Below, in pieces: positions 21,991-32,974 of a stretch of DNA of 64,000 nucleotides. How positions within the stretch are numbered: position 1 is the first letter of the stretch; every line of letters starts with the position of its first letter. The stretch covers positions 248,001 to 312,000 of the forward strand of contig JBLWGC010000109.1 in NCBI GenBank assembly GCA_048772705.1, written 5' to 3'. The notes beneath the pieces are model-generated. The model made no database searches. It was not told the DNA's origin and was given only the letters and a program-made list of their open reading frames with translations. The position numbers were made by a program, and so were the translations under genes. Source of the stretch: Leidyana gryllorum EB-2025a. Its lineage: Eukaryota; Protista; Apicomplexa.

Positions 21991-22629
21991 ATGCATGCTG
22001 TGCGTGCTCGGCGACCTTCAAAGCGCGGACAATGTGGCGTTGGGTGGGTGCTCGCCACTGCCCTGACAGCCTTGGGTCGTCCTTGGAGCGGGGCGAACAT
22101 TGCAATTCATCCTAGTGCGGCTGCAGCAGAAGTATATGAGAACGCTGCCTCATCACCTTTTGTAGGGATTACTGAGGAACTCATGGATACTATCGTGAAT
22201 TACATTGCTCATCGTCCCTATCTGGGGAATGGATCTGTTGTTGGTGCGAAACGGGCTAAAGATCGATCCAGTGCCATAAGCGATTTTTTGATTCACCACC
22301 CTTGTGGAAATGAGAAGGAGTTGGTCTTTGTGCTTCAGGATGGAGCACTACGACCGATGCGGTTGGCTGCGAGAGTCAACAAGGCAGTGTTGCTTGACAG
22401 ATTGAACGGAGAAGGACTAGACCTCAACCAGATGACTGTAGCCAATCTGATAGGCGAGCTCGACAGACTTTCTGACGGTCCTCCTAGCCGAACCACTACA
22501 GCTGCCAAATATATTAGCATCCAACAGATCTCGAGGAAGTGCCAGAAAGTCATTGGAGCAACTAGCTGCGCTTTACCACCCAGAGCATTGGTCGGATTGG
22601 TGAACCTGATGAGCGACGAGGATGACTAA
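21991..22629 (+). CDS. Hypothetical protein with N-terminal hydrophobic segment
   Basis: 212-aa ATG ORF; no family recognised; may be spliced to the next ORF. Confidence 0.55.
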   Translation: MHAVRARRPSKRGQCGVGWVLATALTALGRPWSGANIAIHPSAAAAEVYENAASSPFVGITEELMDTIVNYIAHRPYLGNGSVVGAKRAKDRSSAISDFLIHHPCGNEKELVFVLQDGALRPMRLAARVNKAVLLDRLNGEGLDLNQMTVANLIGELDRLSDGPPSRTTTAAKYISIQQISRKCQKVIGATSCALPPRALVGLVNLMSDEDD

Positions 22630-22661
22630 GTAGCAAAAGTTTTTCGATCTTATGCCGAGCG

Positions 22662-23366
22662 ATGAGAGGTACCATTAGGATCAATGAGGGAAATAACCAT
22701 TATGGAGGCCTCGGCCTGCTGATCTTCTACTCTGTAGCCAACAATCTCACCGACATGAGACACTTCGCGGCAGAGGCGCGAGATGAGTACGTGGGGGATG
22801 GCGATGTTCAGGAACCCATGGAGGAGCTCCTGGAAGCGGGGGTCGATTTTTTTGAAGAGGGGCAGATTGAACTCGAACTGGGGAGAATGGAAGAGGACGC
22901 TGAGGAGAACGACCGCGCAGATACCGAACGCTTCTTCAATGATCTGAAGCCCATAAATCACTGGCAACAGCAGACAAATTTGGACGTTCCGTTTCTGACC
23001 TTCGTGTCGCCAGTCCAGACAAACGATTGGGCACAGTACCTCAGTCCGTCAGCTGAATTCGAACCGTCACCTCAGGAGCTGATGTGTGTCTCAGTCAGGG
23101 CCGATGTTCTGTATAAAATCTTAGACGAGTTAGGTCTCGGACCCAACCCATGCCTCAGAGCCCTTCGAGCCCTTCTGCGGTCCCCGTGTCCCATATCAGA
23201 AATGATGGAAGCCAAGCTGCGAGCTCGCCTGCGCACGTCTAGGAATAAAGAGAGGGCCAAGCCAAAGTTTGCCATCTTTGCTGCTGATCCATCGACTCTG
23301 GGGCCACAATTGATATTAGACCAAATGGAACTCCGATCCCTGTTGTATCTATTGCATAGAGCGTGA
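22662..23366 (+). CDS. Hypothetical acidic protein (possibly exon 2 of the previous gene)
   Basis: 234-aa ORF with protein-like composition. Confidence 0.55.
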   Translation: MRGTIRINEGNNHYGGLGLLIFYSVANNLTDMRHFAAEARDEYVGDGDVQEPMEELLEAGVDFFEEGQIELELGRMEEDAEENDRADTERFFNDLKPINHWQQQTNLDVPFLTFVSPVQTNDWAQYLSPSAEFEPSPQELMCVSVRADVLYKILDELGLGPNPCLRALRALLRSPCPISEMMEAKLRARLRTSRNKERAKPKFAIFAADPSTLGPQLILDQMELRSLLYLLHRA

Positions 23367-23417
23367 TTTTTCGCTGCTGCTTCCGCAACATATATGTCAC
23401 GAATCGACAATAGTCGT

Positions 23418-25556
23418 CTAATCTGACTTGACCGTAGCATAAATCCGACGTACAAACACCAGAGAGGCGATGTAACCAATAGACCCGGACGCCAAACCCA
23501 AAGCCAACACTCCCATTGCTGTGAATCAAACAAAATACAGTACCGCTCTCGATGCCGCTCGCTCACCTGTCACAATCCAAAACGTGAAGGTCTGGAAGAA
23601 CGAATCCATCAGCATCGTGGACTTGTAATAGCACGCGAACAGACACAGATACACAGCTGGCGCTGCACCGCAGTTGAATGCAAACCTGCGAGCGGCAAAG
23701 TACATTCGTCAATCGATCAGCTCCAGTCACACTTACCACTGCCACTTGTGATCCTCCATACTCAGCAAGAGATATGTAGCAGTAATGGTCGCACAGATCT
23801 GAAGGTTGATCAACCGCCAATCAATACAGACAACAATCCATTACAACTCACCACTGAGGCTCCATAGAGCAGAACCACAGCAAACACGAAGCCGTAAATG
23901 TAGAACAGCCTGTTGGTCCACAAAGCGTCCATCACAAAGTATACCTGAAACACACGCACACACACAATGATGTTGGTATGTTGCCAGCCCAGCTTCTCAC
24001 CTCAACTAAGAGACAACCGAACGGCAGAGCTCCGGCTGCCAAAGCGTAGAGGGGTTTCAACCAACTTGGCTTCGGCGGCACCGGACGCTCGAGTGTATTG
24101 GCTTTGACAGGAGGCTTCAAAAGGTACGCCTTGTTGCGCCCAAAGTAGACTCCGAGGTAATGAAGGGGGGTGTGGAAGGTGAGGAAGATCAGTATCACTG
24201 CAGTGCCATGCGTAGTGACGGAACAGTCGACATCAAGCTGCTGACGCACCTCTGATCAATTGGCCGAGCGACAAACTTGTAGAGTTCCCATGTGCGATGA
24301 GACCAGTGTTCAACTGCAAGAAGAGAGCCGCCACCACCGCTGGGAAGAAAAGCAGCTGCCAAGCCGCGGTGCTCTTCCAGCCGCGACCTCCGCAGGCAGT
24401 GTACAGCATTGCACCCGTATAACCATTGACAGGTTGGCACAGGGCATAGAGCCACAACAGAACCGTCACGCTCATCGGCCGGGTGCCTCCATTCGCCCGC
24501 AGTACAGCGAATAAAGAGGCCAACAAGGCTACAGTAGCCAATTGAGCGCCAGTACCACACACAGTCTGAAGAATTGGGAGCGACTAGTGATCCGCGACAA
24601 TCCACACTTGCAGCGGACTCACCGCATGGGCTCGTAGACGGTAAGGTTTCCGGAATACGTCTTTGCTGATGATCTTCCAACCAGCGTCATCCAGTCTTCC
24701 GAGAACCTCAGTCTCGTCAATATCATCTTCGAGCGTGGCGAAATCAGATTTGAGAGTGCGATTGAGAATCAGAATTACGACTCCGAGTAATAACATCGTC
24801 AATAGTGTGCTCGTGATAAGACTGAACCATTGGACTTTCCGTTCAAAGAAGGACGACTCGTAGTAACGCTCATGACGTTTAGCGAATGGAGTCGCTGATT
24901 GCACCCACAGTGTGTCGTAAGTGTAACGCAGCTCTCGGTTGGGCTGTAAGACTACAGCTTCGGATGGCACAATACTGACCGATACGATTTGATCGCCGTT
25001 CTTCTCGATCACAAAGCGTCTGTGAGCAAAGAATCGCGGCTTGTTATCTTCGGGATCAACATCACCCAAAAATCCGTACACCGGCAGCCCATCAACCTCA
25101 TAGGCATAATAGTATCCAGCTAGAATTAGCTCATTCTGAGTCAGACAACCTCATTATGAGGAGACGCACACGCGTGTGTTGGGGGCTTACCAACATACTA
25201 ACAACTTCTTCAGTGAGCCTCATCCGACAGACATCCTGCGGGGAGCTCTCAGGGGTGTTGATGACTGTCCCCGACTCCGGTGTGGTGGAATTGTCGGGGA
25301 AGTGGATGACGATTCTGGGGCTCAGGATTGGTCTTTTGCCTTCCAAAGCTCCTCCAATGGTCACAGGTTTGCGTTCAACGCTGGCCTTCCACAACTCACA
25401 TGTCGGCAATTCTTCGAAACCGTAATATTCCCGGGGTGACTTCCAAGGTCCAGTACGATCAGCCCAAACCTTCACGAGTTCATTAGGCTTGTAATGATGG
25501 GAGTACTCATCCGCGCCGACTACAGCGAGCAAACCAATAAGTACTCTCCTCCACAT
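23418..25556 (-). CDS. TM9SF: Transmembrane 9 superfamily (TM9SF/EMP70, nonaspanin) protein, multi-exon
   Basis: Signal peptide plus ADEYSHHYK, GPWKSPREYY, VQWFSL, GWKIISKDVFRKP, GTGAQL, AGALPFG, C-terminal FVRRIYATVKSD*. Confidence 0.93.
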
Positions 25557-25605
25557 TACCGCCTCACAGTCAACGTAGGATTTATCACTCTTTTGTCACA
25601 CACAT

Positions 25606-28137
25606 TTAACTACGATGCCAAGCTGTCCGTACAAATCGCGTCGCCTGCCCGATTGGCCGCAGACAGAAAAAGTCACCACGCATGAGTGAAGCTGTGCTAA
25701 ACCCCTTCATGCGGGGCATTGCTGGATTGGGGGCGGTGTTGGGCTGCGGCGGGCCGGCTGCATTGGAGCTGGCCTCGCGGCTGACCAAACGCGACTGACT
25801 AGTGTAAGGACTCCGGGAGGGGGGTGGTTCAGCGTAGTGAGCAGGTACGGCTACATACTCAAATCCGCCTCTTTGGTACTGTTGTTGTTGTTGTGAGGTA
25901 GGGAGAGCGTAAGCTCGGGCTTCCGGTCTGAAACTGTTGGGGGTGGGAGGCCCTTCTTCGGGTGCTGGGCTGTAGGAAGGAGGCCGAGCCATTGTAAGGT
26001 GGTGTTGGCGCTCGCCACCTGGCAACAGCTCCACTACTCGCTGTGGTGAACGTGTCTCAACACGCGGACTCCTCGTTCTGGTAGGAGGCGGAGTGGGTGG
26101 GACCAGCCGTTGCGGGGGCTCCTCCAGTGCGACTGGTGTGACTGTGACGGGCGACACGGTCACCGATGTATTGGGTGATCGTGCGATCGGGGGTTGAGAA
26201 TCTATCTGGATGACGATTGGCCTCGAGACTCCCCGTCTCCGTGCTGTGGAAGCCCCTTCAGTGGTGGTGGGCCGTGACACTCGGCCCTGATCCGAAGAAG
26301 AAGGGATGACTGGGACTTGTTGATACGAGTCAGACGGAGCGGCCGAGGTACTCCGACACACAGTTGGTGGCCGCTCGAACTTGGAGGTCGCCACTGCTAT
26401 TTCTCTTGCGAGATGGCTCATACACAATTCAGGTTCGTCCAGATACATCATAGACTCTCTCTCTCTCCTTCTGGCGGCTCTTCGGGCGGCTTTGGCCGCT
26501 TTGGCGGCTTTCTTTCTTCTTCTTCTCTCCATCTCGCGTCTCAGTTTGGCTTCGACCTCTGCCTCGACGGCTTTTCGGGCTCTTCGGGCTTCGGCTTCCC
26601 TATCTTTCCGACCAATCTCTGTCTTGATGCTCTCCTGGATGTCGGTGAGCATTTCGGCGTATTCACAGGCACACTTGGGAGCAACGCGGCCGGCTGTGGG
26701 TTCGTGGCGATGTATCCACGCCGCGTCATCGCATACACAGTGCTCCTCAGTGCACCCGTTGTAGAAACAGCACTCTGGCCACATTGGTAAGCCTCCCGCG
26801 ACCCCAGCCTGCGGAGGCTGTGACAGTGACCTCGTTCGCGAGTGTGTGTGGTGTGCTCCTCTGCCTCTTCCCCTTCCGATGACAGTGTCATCGTCAATGT
26901 CCTCAAATTCAAAGTCGTCCTCCGCCGGATGCCGTCGTCTTTTGCTGTCACGCCGACGTCTGTGGCCACCGGTGCCCCTCTCTCTCTCTCGGCGTTCCTT
27001 TTTGCTGTTGCTCAGTTTCCGAAGCAACTTGGCTGCCGTGGATCCCTTCTTGACCAGTTTGCGAGGAGAAGCCGGTATCACATTGATATTCGGCACAGCT
27101 GGTTTGCGATGGCCTCCTTTTCGGGGTGGGGGCATCAGATGATTAGTCCGGCTCACTGGCGACGGCGACCGAGCACGTCTCACATACCCAGACGACGTCT
27201 CGCTCACCGCAGTGGGACTGAGAGACTGTGTCGACCGCGAGCTTCGTGATGAGGTGGACACGGCGGCCGAGGATCGTGAAGGATTGCTGCTACTCACACT
27301 CGGAGTTCCAACGGCGATGCGGTGAGGCTTCGGCATCATCTTGGACACAGCCATTGCCATTATCTCTTCTGTCGTCCGAGGAGGTGGAGTGCCTTCTCCG
27401 TTGTGCTGATCAGCAATCATTTCACCACCGAGGTGGTGCCCTCCGTCCTCAGCCGCCTCAATGATGGGACCCGGCTGATCTTCGAGAGTATCGTCTCGAT
27501 GGGGCAGAGACCCTCCAGTCGACGATCCGATGGAATCCATAAAGTATTTAAAGTCATCCAGATTTAGTGGAGCGCTCCAATCGATTCTGGATGGCGCCTT
27601 TGGGTGCCGGTCATGGAGATCAATCCATTGTCCGTGCGCCGCACGATATACATCACCACACCTTTTACCCCATCGCTTCGAGATAGGGCCGTGGGATGTA
27701 TCCACTTTGAACGCACTCTTAACCTCCGGAAGCCGCGTCAAATACTCTCTAAAACGCATTTCTGCTTGATGCCGCATCATATTGTCCCTCCTTTTGATCC
27801 AATGCTCAGATATCGTGTGCTTCTTCGCACACTGTCGACAGGGCCATAACTCCTGATGCTCCTGAGTCAACGGCTTTTTCGCTGATAACTTCCGTTGGAT
27901 CTGCTCAGCATACTTTGCCGGACTCATACTCTTCGTCTCCTCCTGTGGAGACGCCGCACCCGACGTCCCCCCCACGTGACTTTCACTCGGAGCCTCATCA
28001 AACCCACTCAACGTCCCCGAAGGAGATCGCACACCTGTTCCACTCAGTGTCGGTGTCAGATTCTGCGGCTCAGAAGAAGGTGGCGGAGACGGCTGATTTT
28101 CCAAAGCATCGGCTTCCGCCATAGTACCTGGCTGCAT
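25606..28137 (-). CDS. Hypothetical S/P/R-rich protein with Cys/His clusters and a coiled coil
   Basis: ~840-aa open frame; WPCRQCAKKH and CCFYNGCTEEHCVC..H.H..CAC. Confidence 0.7.
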   Translation of the reverse strand: MQPGTMAEADALENQPSPPPSSEPQNLTPTLSGTGVRSPSGTLSGFDEAPSESHVGGTSGAASPQEETKSMSPAKYAEQIQRKLSAKKPLTQEHQELWPCRQCAKKHTISEHWIKRRDNMMRHQAEMRFREYLTRLPEVKSAFKVDTSHGPISKRWGKRCGDVYRAAHGQWIDLHDRHPKAPSRIDWSAPLNLDDFKYFMDSIGSSTGGSLPHRDDTLEDQPGPIIEAAEDGGHHLGGEMIADQHNGEGTPPPRTTEEIMAMAVSKMMPKPHRIAVGTPSVSSSNPSRSSAAVSTSSRSSRSTQSLSPTAVSETSSGYVRRARSPSPVSRTNHLMPPPRKGGHRKPAVPNINVIPASPRKLVKKGSTAAKLLRKLSNSKKERRERERGTGGHRRRRDSKRRRHPAEDDFEFEDIDDDTVIGRGRGRGAHHTHSRTRSLSQPPQAGVAGGLPMWPECCFYNGCTEEHCVCDDAAWIHRHEPTAGRVAPKCACEYAEMLTDIQESIKTEIGRKDREAEARRARKAVEAEVEAKLRREMERRRRKKAAKAAKAARRAARRRERESMMYLDEPELCMSHLAREIAVATSKFERPPTVCRSTSAAPSDSYQQVPVIPSSSDQGRVSRPTTTEGASTARRRGVSRPIVIQIDSQPPIARSPNTSVTVSPVTVTPVALEEPPQRLVPPTPPPTRTRSPRVETRSPQRVVELLPGGERQHHLTMARPPSYSPAPEEGPPTPNSFRPEARAYALPTSQQQQQYQRGGFEYVAVPAHYAEPPPSRSPYTSQSRLVSREASSNAAGPPQPNTAPNPAMPRMKGFSTASLMRGDFFCLRPIGQATRFVRTAWHRS

Positions 28138-28190
28138 GCCATGCGCGCGCAAGCTTAGGTGCAATTACACGTACCCAATTACCACCAATT

Positions 28191-31100
28191 CTACTTTAAT
28201 ACATATGGTTTGCCCGATCCAAAGTAGAAATCATCCAGATATTTGTCACACAACTTCAATACATCATCATCTTCGCCACCACTCCCAGGATCAGCCGGTG
28301 GGGGAAACGGAGGCGGTGATGTCAAAGATTTATCATCACCACCTCCAACAAGTCGCCGTAGACCTCCAATACCGGCACTCTCAGCCACCAGAGAACTCCC
28401 CTCGTTCGAGCACAAAGGTGGAGGAAGTCCACTCATCAACACCATCGGACTGTCCCCCCCATCCGGACTCCCGATCACACTCTGGAACTCAGGAGACACA
28501 GGCCGCGCAGGAGGAGGCAACGGACTGAAAAGCTGAGCCGACGGGATACGCGAATGACTCGAAGCCTTCGTCGGTGTCCCATGCGATGTAGTCATCGGGT
28601 AATATGGACGGAAACCGCCTCCTCCTGTCGGACCACCACACGCTGGTGCACCAGAAACGTTATACTGGTGATGCGGGGACACATAACCATACGGCGGCGA
28701 CCCGCCGCCCCCACCGCCGCCGTTGTAGGATACCTGACGAGTCGGAGACACCTGTAGGTGACTCGGAGACGGCAACGGCGGGAATGATTGGTGATTTGAG
28801 GGATTCGGAGGAGACATCCGAGGTGGACGCGCCAACAATGGCGGATCCAAAACAGTACTCATAGACGGAGGCAATCTCACAGTCGACGACGAAGTTGAAG
28901 TCGTCGGCACAAAATGCCGCTCTATCATCCCAGGCGGAGCGCCCAGCGAAGGTGCCCGCCCAGATGCATCTTCAACAGACGACGCTTGTCGACTCAGAAC
29001 CTGAGCGCCCCCTGAAGCTGATGGAGGCACCTTCTCCTTCAAAGAAGACGTTCGCTTCCGCCCTCGCCGACTCGTCCGCGACGCACTCGATGAAGCCGTA
29101 CCGAATCTGTTGGAGACGCGCAGTTCCGGGTCAATCGGGGGCAAATCTTCCAATATCTCAACAAAACCGCTGTTCGTTGACGACGGGGGCAATGGAGGCC
29201 GCGACACACCCGGAGGCGGAAGGAAATTCTGTTCTTCTTCAACCACCGGGTCAATGCAATCCGTCTCGGCCGCCGCCTCCTCCACAGCAGTCACAGTCGT
29301 CGGCCGACTGCTATTGGCCATTGCAGCGTGGCGATCCTCAAAACCGGGCGGAACTGGAAGACAGCACATGGCTTCCAATTTGGCCAATGTCTGCTGTAAT
29401 GATCGATGGATGTCGCTATAAAGCCGCCGTAGCTGTTTCACCATCCCTTTCGTCACCAAACTCGATGAAGGCGGCGGTAATGAGCTTTCTTTGCTCGATA
29501 GATTCAATGCACTGTTGGGGGGGCAGTACAACATGTTGGCGATGATCCACAGCCATCGCACGTAGTTCGCTGTGGCTATCCGATATCCTAATCGCTGTAA
29601 ATCGGGGCTCAACGGATGCAGGCGGGTTCTTAACGCGGCGTGCGGAACACACAGTTTCGGATGGTGGGAAGACCCACACGCACTCACTCCAGCCGACTTG
29701 GCTGCCGGAAGCTTAAGACAGTCATTGACAATCTTTTGGAGAATTGAAGTCCGGAGTTCTGTACCCAGCACGGCCATCAACAACCGGTTGTCTGGACGGG
29801 GTGCCAGCAGAGCCAAGACCGACTCGAAGGGTCGAGTTCCTATGAGCGTTTTCAGAGATTGGAGAGCCGAGTGGACTTCGCGCTGTATTGCCTCGACCTC
29901 ACTTGCATCCCGCATCGTAGTCTGCTTGTCACACATCCAATCGGTCAGGAAAGAGATCAGTTTATCGTCCGCCTTGCGGAACATCTGCACCTCACGAGTC
30001 TCCGATAGCTCCATGAAACTCTCTTCTGATATCAGCACTGCCCCAGCGTCGCTCTGAGGATCACTCGGGAGAATATGAGCCTTCGAGATGAATGAGTGAC
30101 ACATCACCGTCTGTGCAAAGAGGCTATCCAATTCCGCCGTAACGATCTCAATCTTCTCAGATTCACTCGGAGCAATCTGGTCATCGAACAGAACACCAGC
30201 GATAGACGAATACCGCACAGACTGAGCGGTCACAACGGCATCCAACAACTGTCGGATTTGTTTCTCTTCTTCTCGTCTCTTCTTAAAGTACTCCACTGAC
30301 TCTATAACAGCTTCAGCCCTGTACTTGAGATCTGTATTCAGCAGCTGCCAAACATCTCCATATCGTTGACGTAGTTTGCTCAGCGTTACACTCTTCTGCA
30401 AGATGGCTTCATCGTCCAATAGATTGCGGGCGATCAGCTTTTGTAAATCCGGATACTCCGTTCGCCGGAGGGCGAACTCATAGGGGCGCTCACTCATCAT
30501 GTCTTCCCACTCAACCTCCTTCAGACGCCCCGCTCGCCGTATTTTGACCCTTTCAAAGGCGCTCGTCTCGCCTGCGAGTTGCAGACATCGCCAAATCTGA
30601 TCCAGCTCGATCTTCAACTCGTTTCTGAGCCGCTTGAGCTGCTTGGAGGTGTCGGGCCCCTCGGCCTCCTGTGAATCGAGAGGAATCACAAAGTGGAGCT
30701 CGCCACTTAAGCTTTCCCCGGCAGCGTTTGAAGATGCCACTCTCATCGTATAGCGTCCGAGCTCATGCAGCACCAAGGTCACTTGCTCGTCAAAACCCTC
30801 CCAGATCACTCGGAACTCTTCACTCCCTCCAAATTCGTGCCGGAAACCCTCCAATCGATGCCAGACGACACCGGGATACTTTTGTATTAATCCTGCGCCG
30901 AGCTCGCTGAGATTCACACTGCTCTCATTCTCAGTCGCTGTCGTCGCGGCCTTCAGCTCCTTCCGAGCAGCCTTGTCCCCCTCATTGATCTGTCGAGTCC
31001 AGCTGCTGCGAAGCGAGGCGCTGACCGAATGGAGAGAGTCAACGTGACTATTCGCATCCTTTCCACTCGTTGTTGTTGCCAAAGGCCCACCGATCTGGAG

Positions 31101-32714
31101 ACGACGCCACTCCAAATGTAATATGTGCTTCTCTCCGGCAACTTCGCCCCCCGCAGTTGTTGTTGTCGGGGTTGGAAACACAATTCCACTGACCTTCACC
31201 TTGCGTGAGATTGATGATTCCACGATTTCGGGTTTGCTGTAGTGCGGTATTCGTTTCCACGGCTCTTCGATCGCCCCTCCGTCAGCACCGCCTTGCCGTC
31301 CACCTCCCCGGACCCTGCGGACTCCGTGAAGAGTCAGAGGCATTGCTTTGAGACAACCTGGAGGCATGTCCAGGTCTGCCGGGTTGAATTCCAGGAGCGG
31401 TTCTTCAGGAGGTCGTGATGTACTCTTTGCCCCGTCGGTGCCATCGGTGGTTGTAGTAGCGGTACTGGCCGACATGCGCTTGCGGACAACGCGACCCACC
31501 CGTTCCCGACGTTCAGCACCTCCCGAACGGACGTGGAACTTGAGTGGGCGTCCAGGCTCACGACGGATCTCACCCTGACATTCGCAGTTGTTGCCGCAGA
31601 GGACATGGTACTCGTCGAATCGCAGCGCCCAAAACCTGCTCAGCAGACTATAGGAACTGTCATGGAGATCGTTGGGGCGGCCCTTGAACACAGGTGGGCG
31701 ACTCCTAATCTGTGCTGCGGCATTCGCAACCCTACCTGACGCCAAGGGGCTTTCGGGCAGTTTGATTCCTGTGTTGTGGCAATATGCCAACCGGCCCATC
31801 CGAGTGGCATACTGAAATTCGTCGCCTGACTTTCCGCTTCCCAGAGTTCGCCGCCGAGCGCCGATAGCCGCTGCTAAACACACAGATTGGACCCGTCGTC
31901 GACTTCCTCCGCCGCTCCGAGCAGCCATAGCAGCCGATGGTGAACTTTCATCGACTTGGAGGGATTTGACGGAGTGGTCAGGTGGAGGGACAGACTGACT
32001 CCTTTCTAAGTTGCTCCTGGTGACTTCGAAGGGTTCATTATTAGCAGGGCAATCTGGAGAACAGATCGATTGGACTAAGTGTGAGACCTGATGGTGATCT
32101 TTGAACAGAGATTCGGCTGTGAAATCTATAGGGGCGTAGTGACGCTCGTCTAGTTGGAATGGCCAAACGACTGGGGTAAAGTCGTCGAAAGCGCTGTGGG
32201 CAGTTGAGGGAGACTCGTGATGATTGTTTGTGAAGTCGTCCTCTGTATGTTCTGCGAGGGTACCCTGTTTGCAAGCAAGCCATTGAGGGTTGGTTGAGAC
32301 CAGGTCGAAATGCCAGTCAGACGTAGATGGTTTTGGAGATGGGGAGCAGCAACCACTTGTTCCGGCGTCTTGTGACGCTGAGATCTCTCCTTCTTCTTTG
32401 GAAGAGCAATTATCCTGATCGACTGAAGATAGTGGCGATTGAGACGGAAAGTTGGCACTCTTTGGATTGGAGCCGATCTGATTCGATGGTGATGGTTTGA
32501 TGAAGAAAGAGTTTGATTTGGCGGCACGGGCATCAGTGGCGGGGGCAGCAGCAATAGGAGTCAAGGGAGGTGGCGGATCAGTTGCAGGGCATTGTGGTTG
32601 TTCAGATCGGCGTTTGAAGCGTGCAAGGCTATTGACAATGAGCTGGGGCCATCGGAACTTTTCACCCGCGACGCAGGCTTTTGCATTCCGTTCATTGGAT
32701 ACGTAATGGAGCAA
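28191..32714 (-). CDS. Large hypothetical protein with an FN3-like domain and helical region; start uncertain
   Basis: 1507-codon open frame; LHLEWRR ... RYTMRVASSNAAGES resembles FN3 strands B and F/G. Confidence 0.72.
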   Translation of the reverse strand: MLHYVSNERNAKACVAGEKFRWPQLIVNSLARFKRRSEQPQCPATDPPPPLTPIAAAPATDARAAKSNSFFIKPSPSNQIGSNPKSANFPSQSPLSSVDQDNCSSKEEGEISASQDAGTSGCCSPSPKPSTSDWHFDLVSTNPQWLACKQGTLAEHTEDDFTNNHHESPSTAHSAFDDFTPVVWPFQLDERHYAPIDFTAESLFKDHHQVSHLVQSICSPDCPANNEPFEVTRSNLERSQSVPPPDHSVKSLQVDESSPSAAMAARSGGGSRRRVQSVCLAAAIGARRRTLGSGKSGDEFQYATRMGRLAYCHNTGIKLPESPLASGRVANAAAQIRSRPPVFKGRPNDLHDSSYSLLSRFWALRFDEYHVLCGNNCECQGEIRREPGRPLKFHVRSGGAERRERVGRVVRKRMSASTATTTTDGTDGAKSTSRPPEEPLLEFNPADLDMPPGCLKAMPLTLHGVRRVRGGGRQGGADGGAIEEPWKRIPHYSKPEIVESSISRKVKVSGIVFPTPTTTTAGGEVAGEKHILHLEWRRLQIGGPLATTTSGKDANSHVDSLHSVSASLRSSWTRQINEGDKAARKELKAATTATENESSVNLSELGAGLIQKYPGVVWHRLEGFRHEFGGSEEFRVIWEGFDEQVTLVLHELGRYTMRVASSNAAGESLSGELHFVIPLDSQEAEGPDTSKQLKRLRNELKIELDQIWRCLQLAGETSAFERVKIRRAGRLKEVEWEDMMSERPYEFALRRTEYPDLQKLIARNLLDDEAILQKSVTLSKLRQRYGDVWQLLNTDLKYRAEAVIESVEYFKKRREEEKQIRQLLDAVVTAQSVRYSSIAGVLFDDQIAPSESEKIEIVTAELDSLFAQTVMCHSFISKAHILPSDPQSDAGAVLISEESFMELSETREVQMFRKADDKLISFLTDWMCDKQTTMRDASEVEAIQREVHSALQSLKTLIGTRPFESVLALLAPRPDNRLLMAVLGTELRTSILQKIVNDCLKLPAAKSAGVSACGSSHHPKLCVPHAALRTRLHPLSPDLQRLGYRIATANYVRWLWIIANMLYCPPNSALNLSSKESSLPPPSSSLVTKGMVKQLRRLYSDIHRSLQQTLAKLEAMCCLPVPPGFEDRHAAMANSSRPTTVTAVEEAAAETDCIDPVVEEEQNFLPPPGVSRPPLPPSSTNSGFVEILEDLPPIDPELRVSNRFGTASSSASRTSRRGRKRTSSLKEKVPPSASGGAQVLSRQASSVEDASGRAPSLGAPPGMIERHFVPTTSTSSSTVRLPPSMSTVLDPPLLARPPRMSPPNPSNHQSFPPLPSPSHLQVSPTRQVSYNGGGGGGGSPPYGYVSPHHQYNVSGAPACGGPTGGGGFRPYYPMTTSHGTPTKASSHSRIPSAQLFSPLPPPARPVSPEFQSVIGSPDGGDSPMVLMSGLPPPLCSNEGSSLVAESAGIGGLRRLVGGGDDKSLTSPPPFPPPADPGSGGEDDDVLKLCDKYLDDFYFGSGKPYVLK

Positions 32715-32974
32715 TACTTCCTCACTGCGGCTAAGCAGTGCACTCAGATAGCAATTGCGTAAACGTGTGCTCGGACTGTGAAACTTTGTTTCGTGTGTGC
32801 ATTTTGAGAGACACCTACCGCTCTGTCAGGCGTTCGCGTACAAGTGCATGGAATTGAGGAATAACGGCTTCTTGGAGGGTAGCGGCTCGCTCAAAGTCTG
32901 CAAATAAGCATCATATTCGTGTCAGAAGGCATTACATACTCTGTATGGCATAATCTAAGTGCTCCCATGCATCA

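Noticed and set aside
21991-23366. Weak resemblance to GDA1/CD39 NTPDase
   Set aside because: Apyrase conserved regions not recognisable
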